From: Sphyrna mokarran
Lineage: Eukaryota
Direction: 5' to 3'
Length of the DNA: 64,000 nucleotides
Assembly: GCA_024679065.1 (NCBI GenBank)
Contig: JAGIQG010000014.1
Location: 6,448,001 to 6,512,000 of the forward strand
The notes under the pieces are model-generated. The model searched no databases and was not told the origin of the DNA. It worked only from the letters and a program-made list of their open reading frames with translations. A program made the translations under genes and the position numbers. Shown one piece after another: positions 39,960-53,340 of the stretch (position 1 is its first letter; each line of letters starts with the position of its first letter).

Positions 39960-41215
39960 TAGGACAAAACTTTGATTGCGAGAATGATAAAAACATTTTA
40001 CAACTTGGATATATTAATGAAGTGGGAAAACATTTCGCAAATATTTTATAACGTGGGAAAATGTCAGCCATATAGCGTCAAGAAAATGTTTTGAATATCT
40101 CAGTGAATTTGTTAAACTGATCAAAGAGCATTTCAAAAGTCATCGCTACTGCACCTTAGGAAGACCAACGTTTTATTGTTGAGGGCCTATGCTAAGTTCG
40201 TCACTAGTCTGACAGAGTGATTCAGAAAACATTTCACGAATGAAGTAGAAAATGTTAAAAAGCATTCCATATTAGTTAATTCAACACGAGATATGAATCG
40301 TGTTTGACAAATTAACGGTACGTTTGAGCTATGTGGCAAACAACGCTGCAGTGGGATGAAATATTTTGCAGCTACAATTCCATATTTTTGATTGTCTGGA
40401 GGTAATGATGATTGGAATTCATTGCAAATATTGTGGTTTACAGTTTGAAAGTTCGTAGTGCTCAGAGCCTTGATGATGCCATGAAGATGGCAGGATTCTG
40501 TCCAGATCGAGACAAGATTGAACAATGCAAGACCCTGGGAATTGTTCATCCCTTGTTCCAATCTTTTTTTGACTTGAAACTGCAACGCTGCAATAAATCC
40601 AGATCTGTATCTTCTATTGAAGTGTTCAAATAATATATTTTTTTTCGGTTTTCGTACATCAGTGGAATGTATTGCAATCAGTCCTGGAACAAGCAAATTT
40701 AAAAGTTTTTCAAGAGTTTTGAATATCAGGTGGCCCGCTCGTGCATCGGTCGTTTTGACTTTGAAAATGAACTTTGTTGATGGGAAAGAAGTCTTTTCAG
40801 ACAAATCTGCATCAAATTAAAAACAGTGAAAGTTGAACAAAATTTTTAGCAGAGAAATTTGAAATGTATGATACTGCTGTTTCTCATGTTTTATGGAGCC
40901 ATTTGCTTCAAAAAATTAATGCCACCAGAAAACCGTTGCTAAAGGTTGATGCAACTTCACTGAATGTTTCAGAATTGTTAGCATCAGTTCAGAATATTGT
41001 CATGCGTGTTCAAAATGATTACAGCTCAATGGAAGCAGAGGTACACTAACATTAGCAAAAAAAAAATCATGCCCTTCGGATGATGAAAAGCACGCAAGAC
41101 ACAGGAGGTCATTTTTTTGATGAAACTAGAGACAATGACACCGTTTTCAGAAAGGAAATAAAAGATCATCATTGACATTATCAATGTTACTTGTGACCAA
41201 AGAATGATGAAATTG
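39960..41215 (+). mobile_element. Fossil hAT transposase, unit 4 copy
   Basis: ORFs 40617..40820 (NIRWPARASVVLTLKMNF) and 40864..41049 are remnants. Confidence 0.72.
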
Positions 41216-41753
41216 CAGAATAGAATGAACCCCTGAAGAAAACTGCAGTCCTATCTTTGTGCGTTTCGATAAATGTTTGGATGAGAAAATCAAAGTCTAT
41301 AGAAGTAAGATCGCAGTGTAGAATATTCTTCTTCGCATCCTCAGATGAAGTAAGTGTCGATTTCAATTCAGCAATTACAGGCATGATTTTTAGAAATTAA
41401 AAAAAGAAGCACGAAAGCAGTTCAACAGCAATGAACTCTCATACTATTGTGAACTGTGTTTCTCTGTCCTCTGGACGAAGGAGGACGGGGCATGACGTCA
41501 CTGGAATGATGGGCATGATGTAATTGAGGCGGGGTTGGAGGCTGATGTCAAGGTGAGCAATCCTTTTTCTTCAGTTTTGGGATGGGGACGCTGCTGGTAG
41601 AAGTCATAATTCACTCTTAATCTCAAATAGTCCTTACGAGCGCAGTTAGAGTCAAATAGGTTGCTGTATACCTGGACAGGCATGCAGACGACAGTAGGTG
41701 AGGATGGCATGTTTCCTTCCCCATTGGCGCAAGGGAAACCGCCAGGTATTTAT

Positions 41754-41977
41754 AGAACATAGAACATTACAGCACAGAACAGGCCCTTCGGCCTTCGATG
41801 TTGCGCCGACCAATATAAAAAGCAATGCCCGTCCAAACTAAACCATTCCCTTCTCTTCCATATACTTATCAACTAACCTCTTAAACGCCACCAAACTTGG
41901 CGCATCTACAACTGCTGCAGGCAGGGCATTCCACTCCCGAACCACCCTTTGGGTAAAGAACCTACCTCTGATATCCG
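41754..41977 (-). mobile_element. Young CR1 3' fragment, unit 4 specific
   Basis: Nearly identical to 25995-26219; (TTCTATG)n tail; absent in units 1-3. Confidence 0.9.
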
Positions 41978-43298
41978 ACTTGTAATTCTGCACCATGATG
42001 ACAATTCACAACCAGAACTCCACAATATACGTTTTATGTCAGAATTTTCCGACTGGGTTTCAATGCTTCAAAGCCAACTACCTTTGCTGCCTCAACAAAC
42101 GTCACAGAATCAAGACACAGGACAAATTCTCAGACACTCATGTACTCGGAAGATCCAGTCTAGTCAGGATTTTCTCAATGTTATTGGGAAAACTGTTGTG
42201 ATGAGTTGATGCAATCGCCAGAATACCGGACAACTGATTTCATCTGAAATCTTCGGTGCCGAACTGAAGAACAGAGTACGCTTCAGTGGCGCACAAAATA
42301 AATGTTTCAAGGGAACTTTGCAAGTTATCATCCAAGACAACAAACATTTGCTCAACTTAAATACTGGCCAAGTGAACAGGGGAGACTTCTGCAAAAACGA
42401 TTTCAATGGATGAAATATCGTGTCCACACGGCAAGGAAATATTTTCATCGCTTATTGATTGACTGAAATCTTAAACAGGTAAAATATATCAACCTACTCT
42501 GAAATTTTCTTTGCAGCTCGGTTGCATTGAGGTCCATCGCCAGCAGTAGCTTGCTGCTACTCGTTCAGAGTGATGCAACATGTCCATCAAGCTGTGTCAA
42601 GCTCTAGGTCTCAAATTCTTACTGGTGCGTCAGAGAGAAGGTAAAGAATGCTACAAAAACTAATGTATATTTCACGGTTAGGCAAGGGACACTCTGAAAT
42701 AGTATCACTTCAAGTAATGATTCATGAGCTCATACATATTTAAGTTCAATTAGCATTGATAATGATAGATTAACACTAATGGTAAATTTGTAGTTTAATT
42801 CCTACAATTGAGATTGTAGTAAAGACACTGGAAAGTAAGATAATTGTTACAAATAATAACGGCTATTCATCACTAATTAACACAATGCACATCAAATGAA
42901 AAGTTATGGACACAGGAGCGAAATACACGTGAGCTGTACATTAGATGCATGGTTTAAATAAGTGCATGATGAAGCTGACAGAATCAAACATTGTGTCCGT
43001 GGGGATGATCTATTCTGTGTTATGCGAGCCAGCGCAGAACATATGTGCTGTGGGATTCATTTCTGATCACTCCTGTTAATTGGCAGAGCTTCATGGACTG
43101 ACAGTGTGTCGATTGGCCAACCCGGATTCCCTCCAGAGGAAAGGGATTTTTTGATTTAATTTGCTGAAAGTGACGCAATTACTGCGTAGCCTGATTTTTC
43201 CCCTCAAGGAATGTATTACAGTACAAAAGGCGACAGTTTAGGAATCTTTCACACAACGGTGCATCGAGCGAAACGTTTGCATTCTTCTCGAAATCATA

Positions 43299-43368
43299 AT
43301 GGCCCGCCCATTAATTCTACAGATCAATGATTTTTTCTATCCCGTGCTGGCAGCTTTTGGTACCCCCG
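43299..43368 (+). CDS. GPR139/GPR142-like GPCR copy 4, coding exon 1 (MARPLILQINDFFYPVLAAFGTP)
   Basis: ATG 43299; donor CCG|GTAAGT, phase 1. Confidence 0.88.
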
Positions 43369-43427
43369 GTAAGTCAATGCATCATGTTGTCTCATATTTG
43401 CGGAGTACCGGTTTTGGAGCGATATAG

Positions 43428-43984
43428 AAAACTAATTTAAAATAGGTATCATGAGCCTTGGGAGTTGCCTGGAAATTGTCTATATTGTCGATGATATTGA
43501 TGTATTTGTTTTGTCGACAGGTACTTCGGTCCGCCTTGTATAAGAAGGGGCACATCCGCGAAGGGCCTGAGAGGGCTGCTCTTGGATTTTTGGAGAGTAG
43601 CCTATTGCTTCACATTGTTAGTGTATGCTTGACCTGGACCAGTTGATGGGCAACACGGCAGCTCAGTGACTATTGCTGTGCTGCGCAGATACATGGATTT
43701 GTGCCTGTGCCTGTGGGAGTTTGCGCATTCTCCCCGTGCTTGCGTGGGTTTTCTCCCGGTGCTCCGGTCTCCTCCCACATCCCAAAGATGTGCTCTTCGG
43801 GTAATTGGCAAAACAAATTCTCCATAAATTGTCTCAAATTTGGTTCTAATGCATAAATCGATAAACATAGATAGAGATCACAGGAATCATAGGTAGAAGT
43901 GGGAACATCGAGGTGGCCGCGCGGGCTCGTTTGGCTGAAGAGCTTGTTTCCAGGGATGTTTTGTTTTTTGTTCTTTGTTCTTTG
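43428..43984 (+). mobile_element. CR1 3' end with embedded V-SINE (intron of copy 4)
   Basis: Homologous to 30425-30982. Confidence 0.85.
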
Positions 43985-46294
43985 CACCTCACTTCTCACT
44001 GATTCAGCAAACGGATTGCGAGAAGATCATTACTGCAATGTCTTTTCTCTGCCGAAGTAAATTGTTGAATATCAGTGAGAGTCTCAACGGTTGGCATGGA
44101 CTGTGAGCCGCGGTTCAGCTAAGAAGAGTGTGACACCTGAAGGTTAAATTCCCTCCCCACATTTAGGGAGATGGAGGCAGATTCCATTCTCTTCCGACAG
44201 TTCATAGGTCTGTATGCGATTTATTTCCAGTGACAATCTGTATGGTTTAAGGTGACAATACCTCGAAATACAGCCTCTCCTGGAAGCAAAATCATTGGAA
44301 TGTATTTCAAGGAAAAAGAAAACCTGTTCAGGAGGCTGTTGCTCTCCTCAAGGTTGTAATTCAGTTCCCTTGTTTCCCTTTCTGTGTCCGACAGCTTCTT
44401 TCCGCTGATGATAAACGTTAGAATCCCACTGTTTCGAATTACTTTCAATAACTATTTTCTCGTCTCACTGTTTTATTTGAAGGACTATTTTTATTTACAT
44501 AGCGAGTAAATATTACGGTTAGCCCTCCTGATATTGGATGCAGCTCTTGAAAGTAAACTTAAGACGCTAAGTTCAACGGATTGCCCCACCGTGCCGCCGC
44601 GCTCTCTTATACAATTGGTCGGTGCATCACCTGACACAAGCCTCGTGGTGGATGGATTGAGTTGTCAAAGTTGCAGCACAGCGAATTACTGTAAAGAAAT
44701 GAATCATTTGTTTGGTAGCATTTATTTTATTTTATTTGTGTGATGTGGGCATCCATGTCCTTTATTTTTCATTCTTCGCTGCTGTTCGGATACAGGTGGT
44801 GAGTTGCTTCCCTGATTCGTTGCTGGGCAAGTTGTAAGTGCACCCACGGTGCTGGTAGAAGAAAAGAGAGTTCCAAGATTTTGACACAATTATAGTCTAG
44901 GAACAACGATATATTTTCCACTCAGTTCGTTAGTGACTTTGTGACAACATTAAGATGGCGGTGTTCCTACATATTCTCTGCCCGTTACTTTTTAGATGAT
45001 AGTGGTCGACGGTTTGGTATAATGCTGTTTAAAGTGCCTGGTAAGTTCTTGTAAATGCTGCTTACGGCTGCTATAGCGCGTCTGCGGTAGAGGTAGTTAA
45101 CATTTTGTGGGAGGGTTCGCAATCCAACTGCCTGCTTCGTCGTTCATTGTCTAGAACATCTTGAGGGTCTTGGGAGCTTCCTTCGGGCAGGATAGTGACT
45201 CACAAACAGAGCACAGGATTTTGGGAGACAAGCGGTCTCTTATTCACCGCAGGGTTCCAAACCGCTGATCTGCTTTTGTGGACATTATTTATTTGGTAAA
45301 ATTACCCAAATACAGTGGATGCTGAAATCTGAAATAAAGTAGGGAATACTAGAAAAATCGCCGACTATTTTCTTCGCCACCGAAGCTGTCAGCCCTGCTG
45401 AGATTTCATATGAAAAAAGTACATTTTTCATATGGCTCGCACAGTTCAGGTAGTGTTTATGGTTGATGCTAATAGTTGCGGACTCAATGATGGCATTGAA
45501 CGTCAAGAGGAAATTTTTAAATTATGTATTGTTGTAAGTGGTCATTCCCTGAAATTTGCGTGACACAGCCATTACTTCCCACTCGTCAGCCCAAATCTGG
45601 ATGTTATCCAGATCTTGCTGCATTTGGACACTGGCTGCCTCGGTATCTGAAGACTCAAACCTGATGCTATACGTTGTGCAGCCATCAATAATCATTCCCA
45701 ATTCTGACCTTATATTGGAATAATATAGAAGAACCTGGAGAAGTTTGAGCCTAGGATACTCACTGAGGAAATGACAAAATGTACAATTTACTGAGCAAAT
45801 TCTGAGGACTTCCTTTAGGGCACGCGGCATGAGGTTTGATTGCAACTTAGAGTGAATGAAGTCTCCGACCAGTGTCAGGAGTGATACTTAATATAATTAA
45901 ATCGATATAGATGCAAGGAAGTAGATCCCAGATCACCCACTTTATACAAGTCTCCGAAATCATAACTGATGCCATTTGAGAATTGGGTTCTTTAATTGTC
46001 AATGGTGCTGAGGGGTACTCTCCATTAACTTTCTGTCGACTGAATCTGGGGCCCCACCCCTCAACATGTGGAAAAGATTATACTTCAGTTATTGCAACTG
46101 GGAGAACATGGCAGGTGCGTAAATATTGCGTTTATGGTGATCTATTTCAATGAATATATCACCTCTGCTCGCTTGTACAATAGACTGAGTCCATGTCTAT
46201 AACTGAGCAAAAGTGCATCCAAACATTTCACTAAAGTATACTGAGTGTAACCAGACTGTTTTCATTACTTGGCTCTTTTCCCTCGTTTTTACAG

Positions 46295-47226
46295 CGAATC
46301 TCGTGACCATCGTGATCCTCGCCAAAGGAAATTGCGGCCTTTCCAGATGTGTCTCTATCTACATGGTGGCCATGGCAACCGCAGATTTGTTAGTGATGCT
46401 CATCAATGTAATTTTGTATTATATTCTGAGAAAACGTTTTCCAAATTCATTCCTCTCCTATACTGTTGTTTGCAAATTAATGATATATATGCTTTGTAAT
46501 AACCTGTATATGTCAGTATGGTTTACAGTCTCATTCACGTTTGACCGATATATTGCTATATGTAGTCAGAAGTTTAAAACAATCTATTGCACCGCGAGAA
46601 CGGCGGCTGCAGTTTTAACAACATCTTCAGTCCTTATCTATTTGCAAAACTTGCACGTTTGGTTTGCATTTGAACATAAAAGCATTATTAATGGTGTTCA
46701 ATGGGGTGTCCTCCCCAGTCAGGATTTTTATACTTCTCAAATTGGTGCTGCAGTTGTCTTGTTACAAAGTATCTTATTGAACTGGATTCCCTTCATTTTG
46801 ATATTACTGTTTAATTTTTTGACAATCAGAAGGATTTTGTTGTCCAGCAAAGCCCGCGCGGGCCTGCGGGGTCAAAACAGTGAGAATCAGAATGATCCAG
46901 AGATACAGAGCCGAAGGAAGTCCATTATTTTATTGTTCACTATTTCTAGTAGCTTCCTGTTGTTGTGGGCGACTAGAGTCATTAGTTATCTAGCCAGTCG
47001 GATGCTTGTTTATGTCCGTCCGGATTACACATCTGCTGCAAATATCGCTGCCGAAACCGGAACACTGCTCATTCATTTGAGTTCATGCACGAACACATGC
47101 ATTTATGGAGCTACACAAGCTAAATTCAGGGAAGAGCTAAAGAAGATCGTGAAATTTCCTTGGACAATAATTCTGATGTTGCAAAAATATGTAAAATTAA
47201 ACCTCATCATCTTGTTCAGGCAGTGA
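46295..47226 (+). CDS. GPR139/GPR142-like GPCR copy 4, exon 2
   Basis: Acceptor AG ends 46294; intact 7TM frame to TGA; intron 2926 bp. Confidence 0.93.
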
Positions 47227-47504
47227 AGTAAATGTTTGAATGCCGGCCTTCCTGCAACAAAAATATAACGTGTTTCTTTAAATAAGGGACTCTGGAAGGA
47301 CTGGCCCATTCTTTGTTGTATCTTCTGATGCCTATTGCTATTCGTCAGTAAGTATTGGTGTTTCCTTCTGTAGCACCTTACTCCTATCAGTGTGCACAGA
47401 AAATACGAATGATATCATTCAACAGTGGAGTAAAATGGGTTTGCATCAGTCCTAACTACGGTACAGTGTCCGCAAAGTCTTACGCCGCATGTTCTACGAT
47501 GCAT

Positions 47505-49460
47505 CGCAGGTACTGCCTTGCAGCGAATCTATTGGCTTACATTGTTGCTGCCATCTTACACTGCAGTACTAGCTTAAACTACAAGAACCGCGTTGCACCA
47601 TAGCTACTGCCTACACCGCAAGTACTGACTACACTACAGGTGCAACATTACACAACAGGTATTGCGCACACCACAGGGACTATCTTATACTTTCCCCGCA
47701 GGCTCACCGCAGATACAGTCTTAAACCAGGTGTATCACCTTCCAAGCCAGGTGATTTATTGCATGACAGGAATCGTCCTGCACTGCAGGCACTTCCCTGA
47801 ATCACACTACTGCCTTATGCTGCGATTTCTGCCTGATACCGCACCACTACCTTACACATCACTGCCTTACATCGCAGGCAATGCATACACCACAGTTTCT
47901 TCCTTAAATCACACTGGCTGCCTTGTACCACATACTGCCTTACACCACAGGTACCACATTACACGGTATATATTACCTTGAACCGCGCACGCTGCATTAC
48001 ACCACAGATGCGGCGTGCACCAAAGATGCTGTTTTTTCACTTAAACTACTTCCTTACACAACAGGTGCAGCAGGTACACAGCAGCTCGTGCCGGGAACCG
48101 GAGATACTGCATTAACATTGCAAGCACTATCTTACAAAACTGGTTCTGTCTTACGCAGAGGCGATGCACCCCATCACAGATACTGCCATTCCTCTCATGT
48201 TCTTCCTTATAGAACAAATATGTCTTACACCGATCGTTCTGCCTTACCCCGCAGATACTGCCTTACACCGCAGTTTCTGGTTACAGCACCGTTTCTGTCT
48301 AACTCCGCAGCAAATGTCTCACACCACAGGCTCTCCTTGACAACACATTCTCTTTCTTACACCACAATACTAACTTGAACCAAAGGTATTATCTTGAACC
48401 ACTGATACCGCATTGTACAACAGTTTTTACACCGAAGCCAATTTCTTGCAAACACGATACCGCCTTACGCCACGGAATTTTATGGCACAACAGATACTGC
48501 CTTGCACTGCAGCTAATGCTTTGCACAACAGATATTACAGCTACTGCCTTATGCCACAGGTTCTGCCTTGCGCTGCAGCTACTCACTGACTCTAAACGGA
48601 CTAACTCACACTGCATGCGTTGCTTAAAACCGCAGTGCCTATGTAAACCATAGATACTACCTGGAACTTCAGAAGCTGCATTACACCACAGGATTTAAAC
48701 TGAAGCTACTTTCTTACACCATATGCATTCACCTTTCACTGTAAGCGCTGCCTTATACCACAAGTACTTTTTTTACATCGCCGCAGACTCTTTACACTGC
48801 ACTTCAGCAATACTATGCCTTCCACCATAAGTATGCCTTCAGCGTAGTAGCTATCTTCATTGTGAGTACTGCCCTCCACCACATGTACTACATTACACTG
48901 CAGGCACTACCTTTCAAAGCATATATTGCCTTTACTCCAGAAACTGCATTACAGCGTAGTAACTACACTAATGGTACTATCTTACACTACGAGGGATGAC
49001 TTCATCTCAGACGCTTCCTAACACAAAGGTACTGTCTTCACCAGCGATTGATGGCGCAGGATAGAAGGTCTTTCGTTGAGGTACTGCCTTACTCTACAGC
49101 TTTTGCTTTTCATAGGCTGTAGGTACTTTCTTCACTGCGGGAATTGGTTTTACCACAGTTGTTGTCGTGCAGCACAGTTATTGCCTTACACGTCAGTTGC
49201 TATCTACACCACAGCTGATGTCTTAAACCACAGATGTTGCCTTATATCATAGATGTTGTGTTACACTGAATCTGTTTCCTTATAACATAGCTACTGCTTT
49301 ACACAGTCGGTAATGCCCTACACTGCAAGCACAACATAGCTCCACAGCTACTGCCTTACACCATAGATGCTCCCTTACAAAGCGGTTACTGTCTTATACC
49401 GCAGCTGCTACCTTAAACCACATGTTTTGTGTTCTGCCACTGATGCCACTTTGCACCTCA
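47505..49460 (+). repeat. 19-bp minisatellite block A, unit 4 (block B lost in deletion at ~49797)
   Basis: Collinear with unit 3; at ~49797 sequence jumps from the equivalent of ~36795 to ~37909. Confidence 0.85.
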
Positions 49461-52400
49461 AGAAACGTTTGCGCAAGTGACGCTCTTGTGCTTTAAGGAA
49501 TGCAATTTAATCATGTTCTCTGCAGTAATAAGCTGGCCCTGAGCCTACTCTTAAATGTCATTTAATTGCTCCTTACATTATTAAATTGTGTATTTATTTA
49601 TTTTCAATCTAGGCCTAATGCATTCTCATGGAGTTTACGGCAATTTTGGAATTGCTGGGGCAGATGTTTGACAGGGCAAGCGGAAGAGTTTTATTTTTTC
49701 CTCACAGGAATACTTTCACTTTCAGTGTCGCTTGCTGATTTGTTAGAAATTGTCTGGACTCCAGGCTGGATGCAGTGGTTTGTCCCTGAATGGTATTAGA
49801 AACAACCGAGATGTAATTTACGTGATGTTGTCACAGATCATTGCTCAAAAACATGCTCCATCATGTGGGCAATATCGCTGCAAGAAGTTATTAGTATCAG
49901 GAAGAGAGTGAGTACATACGTCAAACCCAACCGGAAAACTCAGGTGTTATATACGTGTGATGGCATATTAAGTAAACGAAGGGCGGCAGTTTTTATCCAT
50001 TTATGGGATGAGGGAGGTGTTGGCCTCGGATACAATTTGCTGTTCGTCTCAAATGACCCCTGAGAGAACATTTAGCAGTCAACTAGATTCTTGTGTGGCT
50101 GGAGAAAGGAAACAAAAAAATATAAGATATGTTTAATTTGTCATTGAGCGTTCGTGAACTGGATGGCTATTTACGACAATCCATTCATGGCCATTTCAGA
50201 GCTTTTGAACAATTATTGATTTCAAGTTCCACAACATGAATGTATTCGAACCCAGAATCCCCCAATAAACGATTGGTATCTGCATTTCCATTACTACTTT
50301 GCAATGCCACAATGTCATGTGCATTTACGGTTACCCTCTAACTTACCAATAGTATGCCTATTGTTTTTGTTTTCTTCCATTTGTGATATCCTTCTTCGTT
50401 CACTTTTTCAGACTCAGTAGCAAAGAATTGTCACATAAAATCAACAGTTACCAAGACGGACACTGCATCAAGGGTTAGTGTCAGAACTAACATGAAACCT
50501 ATATAAAATATAGCTTTCCATACACACATATAAGCTTCAGAAAAGGAAACATAATTTTTGATTACTTCTCAAAAGCAAGCGATTTGTCAAACACAATTTT
50601 AATTGACAGGGATGAAAAAGGAGACGAACAATATTTATAACAAAACAATTTGCTGAATTACAATTTTATTTATCAAAATCGAAAATATCTTTCAATGAAC
50701 AACTTAATCCATTTGGCAAACGGGCATATAATTGGCTTTACCCTGAAATAAATTTTCAACATTGGAAAAGAGAATGAAGTGAATTTTAAAATTTATATGT
50801 GAAAATCGGCGAAGCGTGACCGAGGAGCAATTGTCGCTTTGAACTGTCATAATATTTCAGATGAACTTAACACGCGCGAGATCCAAAAGCCCAAATTTTA
50901 CTATGAGAATATGCTTGCAATCGACGCCTTGTAAGTGCATGTTTAATTGTCAAAGCAAGACAGGGATGAAAAGTAAAGGAAATCCTATCAATGCTCACGA
51001 AGCAGACTGAAGCAGATATGATTGCATGTTCGTTCCTCCACATAATCTGAATGGTTCAATCTCTTAAAAATGATAATGTAGAGAATTTGTATTGATTCAA
51101 TTCGTGATACTGAGCTATTGATTTTCTTCATTTACTGTTTTAGCCTAAGAAAAAATCTAAATTAGATTCATAGCACATACATTGTAAACTGAAACTGGAG
51201 TTGCGCAAAATCACTCAAAACAGCCAAAATGTTTCATAACTGTAGTAGAGGCTGATTCCTTTCTGGTAATAATAATGCTGTTTTAACATCACACTTGTCA
51301 GGGTCACTTTTTCCCTGTTATGTTCAGAGTATGGCTTTGATACTCTGATAAGTGATAACTTGAAAGGAACGTTCATTCCTCCTTCCCTATTGTTTAGCTA
51401 ATCAACGTTGCAATAACATTCAGTACGTTCTGTCCTTACGTCTTTCCCTGAGAATTCAGAGGAAAAGCACTCTGCACCATAGGAGGTAGATCGTCAAACT
51501 GGGCGATAACAAAGCAGGCACAATGACTGCTGCTTTCTATTAACATTCATGATGATGGATGTCAGGTGTGCTGTTGACAAACTGGGCAATCTGATGACTC
51601 CCATTTCGCCCCACTGCATTAGAAATGTTTGTTTCTAGCCCTCTTTGTTGTTCCAATGTTGATCTATTCGAAATACCCTTCTCTGTTGCATGATTATAGT
51701 ATATTTTCGTTCGGTCTTCCAGAGATAATGTACGCGTTAATGTTCTGATTAGTAAACGAAATACATATATCTCAGAGTCAGTTTTCTGTGTCAGCCCTCA
51801 ATTACTCAGCAAAAGTCTTTGAATATCGTAGTAAAAATATCAGTTATCTCCGAGATGTGTTGTTACCTTTCCGTGTCCTACGATATGAGCTAATGTAAGA
51901 TCTTCATTTTTTTTGACAGGTCATAACATGTAGAGGCATACGTGGGACATTTTAGTTCTGAACATGGGATCACAGGGAAAACTGTGAGACAGTTATTCTG
52001 ATAATGGCATTCACAATACGATCAATACACGTTGTCATCATTTGCTGTATTTGTCTTGGAACTGACTTTCATCCTTTGGTGCCCAGTAACATTAGAAAGT
52101 AGCTGTGGTGCTCCGCATAAGACACACTTCCTTTTTTTCTAGGGTACAAAATCGCCTTTACTGTTTCAGAGACTTTGAACAATTATCTTCGAAAGCAGGC
52201 AGAATTGATTTGACCCAGGGATATTCAAATTTCACCTCTGAAAAATTAAAAGAGGATATTGCATTTTAACATCACTTCCCATGATCTACAATGACAAGGA
52301 AAGCTGAGTATTAGAGCAATCATGAACTTCCTGGCTTGCTCATCTGCCTTGCGACGCTCATTGGCACAATAGGCGATTCCAGCTGGAATGTAATTGAATC

Positions 52401-52663
52401 CTCATTGAATCATAGAATCTTTACTGTACAAAAAAACCTTATGCCGCCCATCAACATTATAATACCCCATTTACTGCCATTGAGAAGATAATGGTGAACC
52501 TGTTCTCACTTATATCTACTGAGATGATAAGGCAGTTTTCCAGTTTTTTGCTGACTCTGCAACAGTGAAGATGTCAATGCATTTCCAAGCTGGTATATTT
52601 TGTGGCTTCGGGTGAACTTGATGGTAATAATTTTGCCAATGCTTTGCTCTTTTGATCTTTTAT

Positions 52664-52757
52664 ATGGTAGTTTTCGGGTATTTTGAACGTGCGGTGGAAA
52701 AGACCGTCCAGATGGTACATTTCGGGCATTTTGAATGTGTTGTGGAAGAGATTTTGA
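52664..52757 (+). repeat. Imperfect 48-bp direct tandem duplication
   Basis: ATGGTAGTTTTCGGGTATTTTGAACGTG at 52664 versus ATGGTACATTTCGGGCATTTTGAATGTG at 52712. Confidence 0.65.
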
Positions 52758-53207
52758 CAAGTTAAGGAAGCGCATTTCACAAATAGTATATGCTGCCATA
52801 GTGCCCCCGTCGTAGACAGTGCGGAAATTTAAGGTGGTTGTTGCGTGAGCAGGAGGCAGTGCTTTACTGTCGCAGAGTAGGGAAGGGTGCGGGCAGGAAC
52901 CTGGTGCTGGGCACAGTTGGAGTGTATTTGGGTGACAGCAGTTTTCTGTTACTCGGTTGCATCAAACCTATATTATTGAAACAGCAAACATCCCACCTAT
53001 TCTCTGTGCCACCTGCAAAGAAGGAATATATTTGCTTCTGAATCTAAACAAGTTAGTACGTTTAGGAGGAAATTTAATGATTTGGAAACCAGGCGAGACA
53101 CTACAGTTCTGATATGGGTGGATCATCCAGAAACATGACTCTCGCATTCAAATCTCCTCAGGGGTTTGTGATCTAGAGGAAAATGTATAGAAATGACTGA
53201 ATAGGTC

Positions 53208-53340
53208 CATAAAACAATAAGATCGTAAGACGTAGGAGCTGACTTAGGTAATTCGGCCCATCGAATGTATTCTGCCATTCCATCGAGGATCACAAGATAT
53301 TTAGTCACATTGCCCTGCCGTTGAACCCTTCACCTACTTC
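53208..53340 (-). mobile_element. Degenerate CR1-type 3' UTR fragment
   Basis: ATAAGA..GTAGGAGC..ATTCGGCCCATCGA..CTGCCATTC pattern typical of the reverse strand of a CR1 tail. Confidence 0.5.

Larger units (their letters stand above)
38275..50665 (+). repeat. Segmental duplication unit 4
   Basis: Starts at sequence homologous to ~11900; 50361-50663 matches 37940-38241. Confidence 0.9.

Noticed and set aside
40187-40804. 205-aa minus-strand ORF (and 27070..27543) as a gene
   Set aside because: Antisense shadow of the + strand hAT fossil; not intact in units 1-2.
52506-52799. 97-aa ORF with a 16-aa repeat
   Set aside because: Explained by a local 48-bp duplication; no recognisable domain or splice context.
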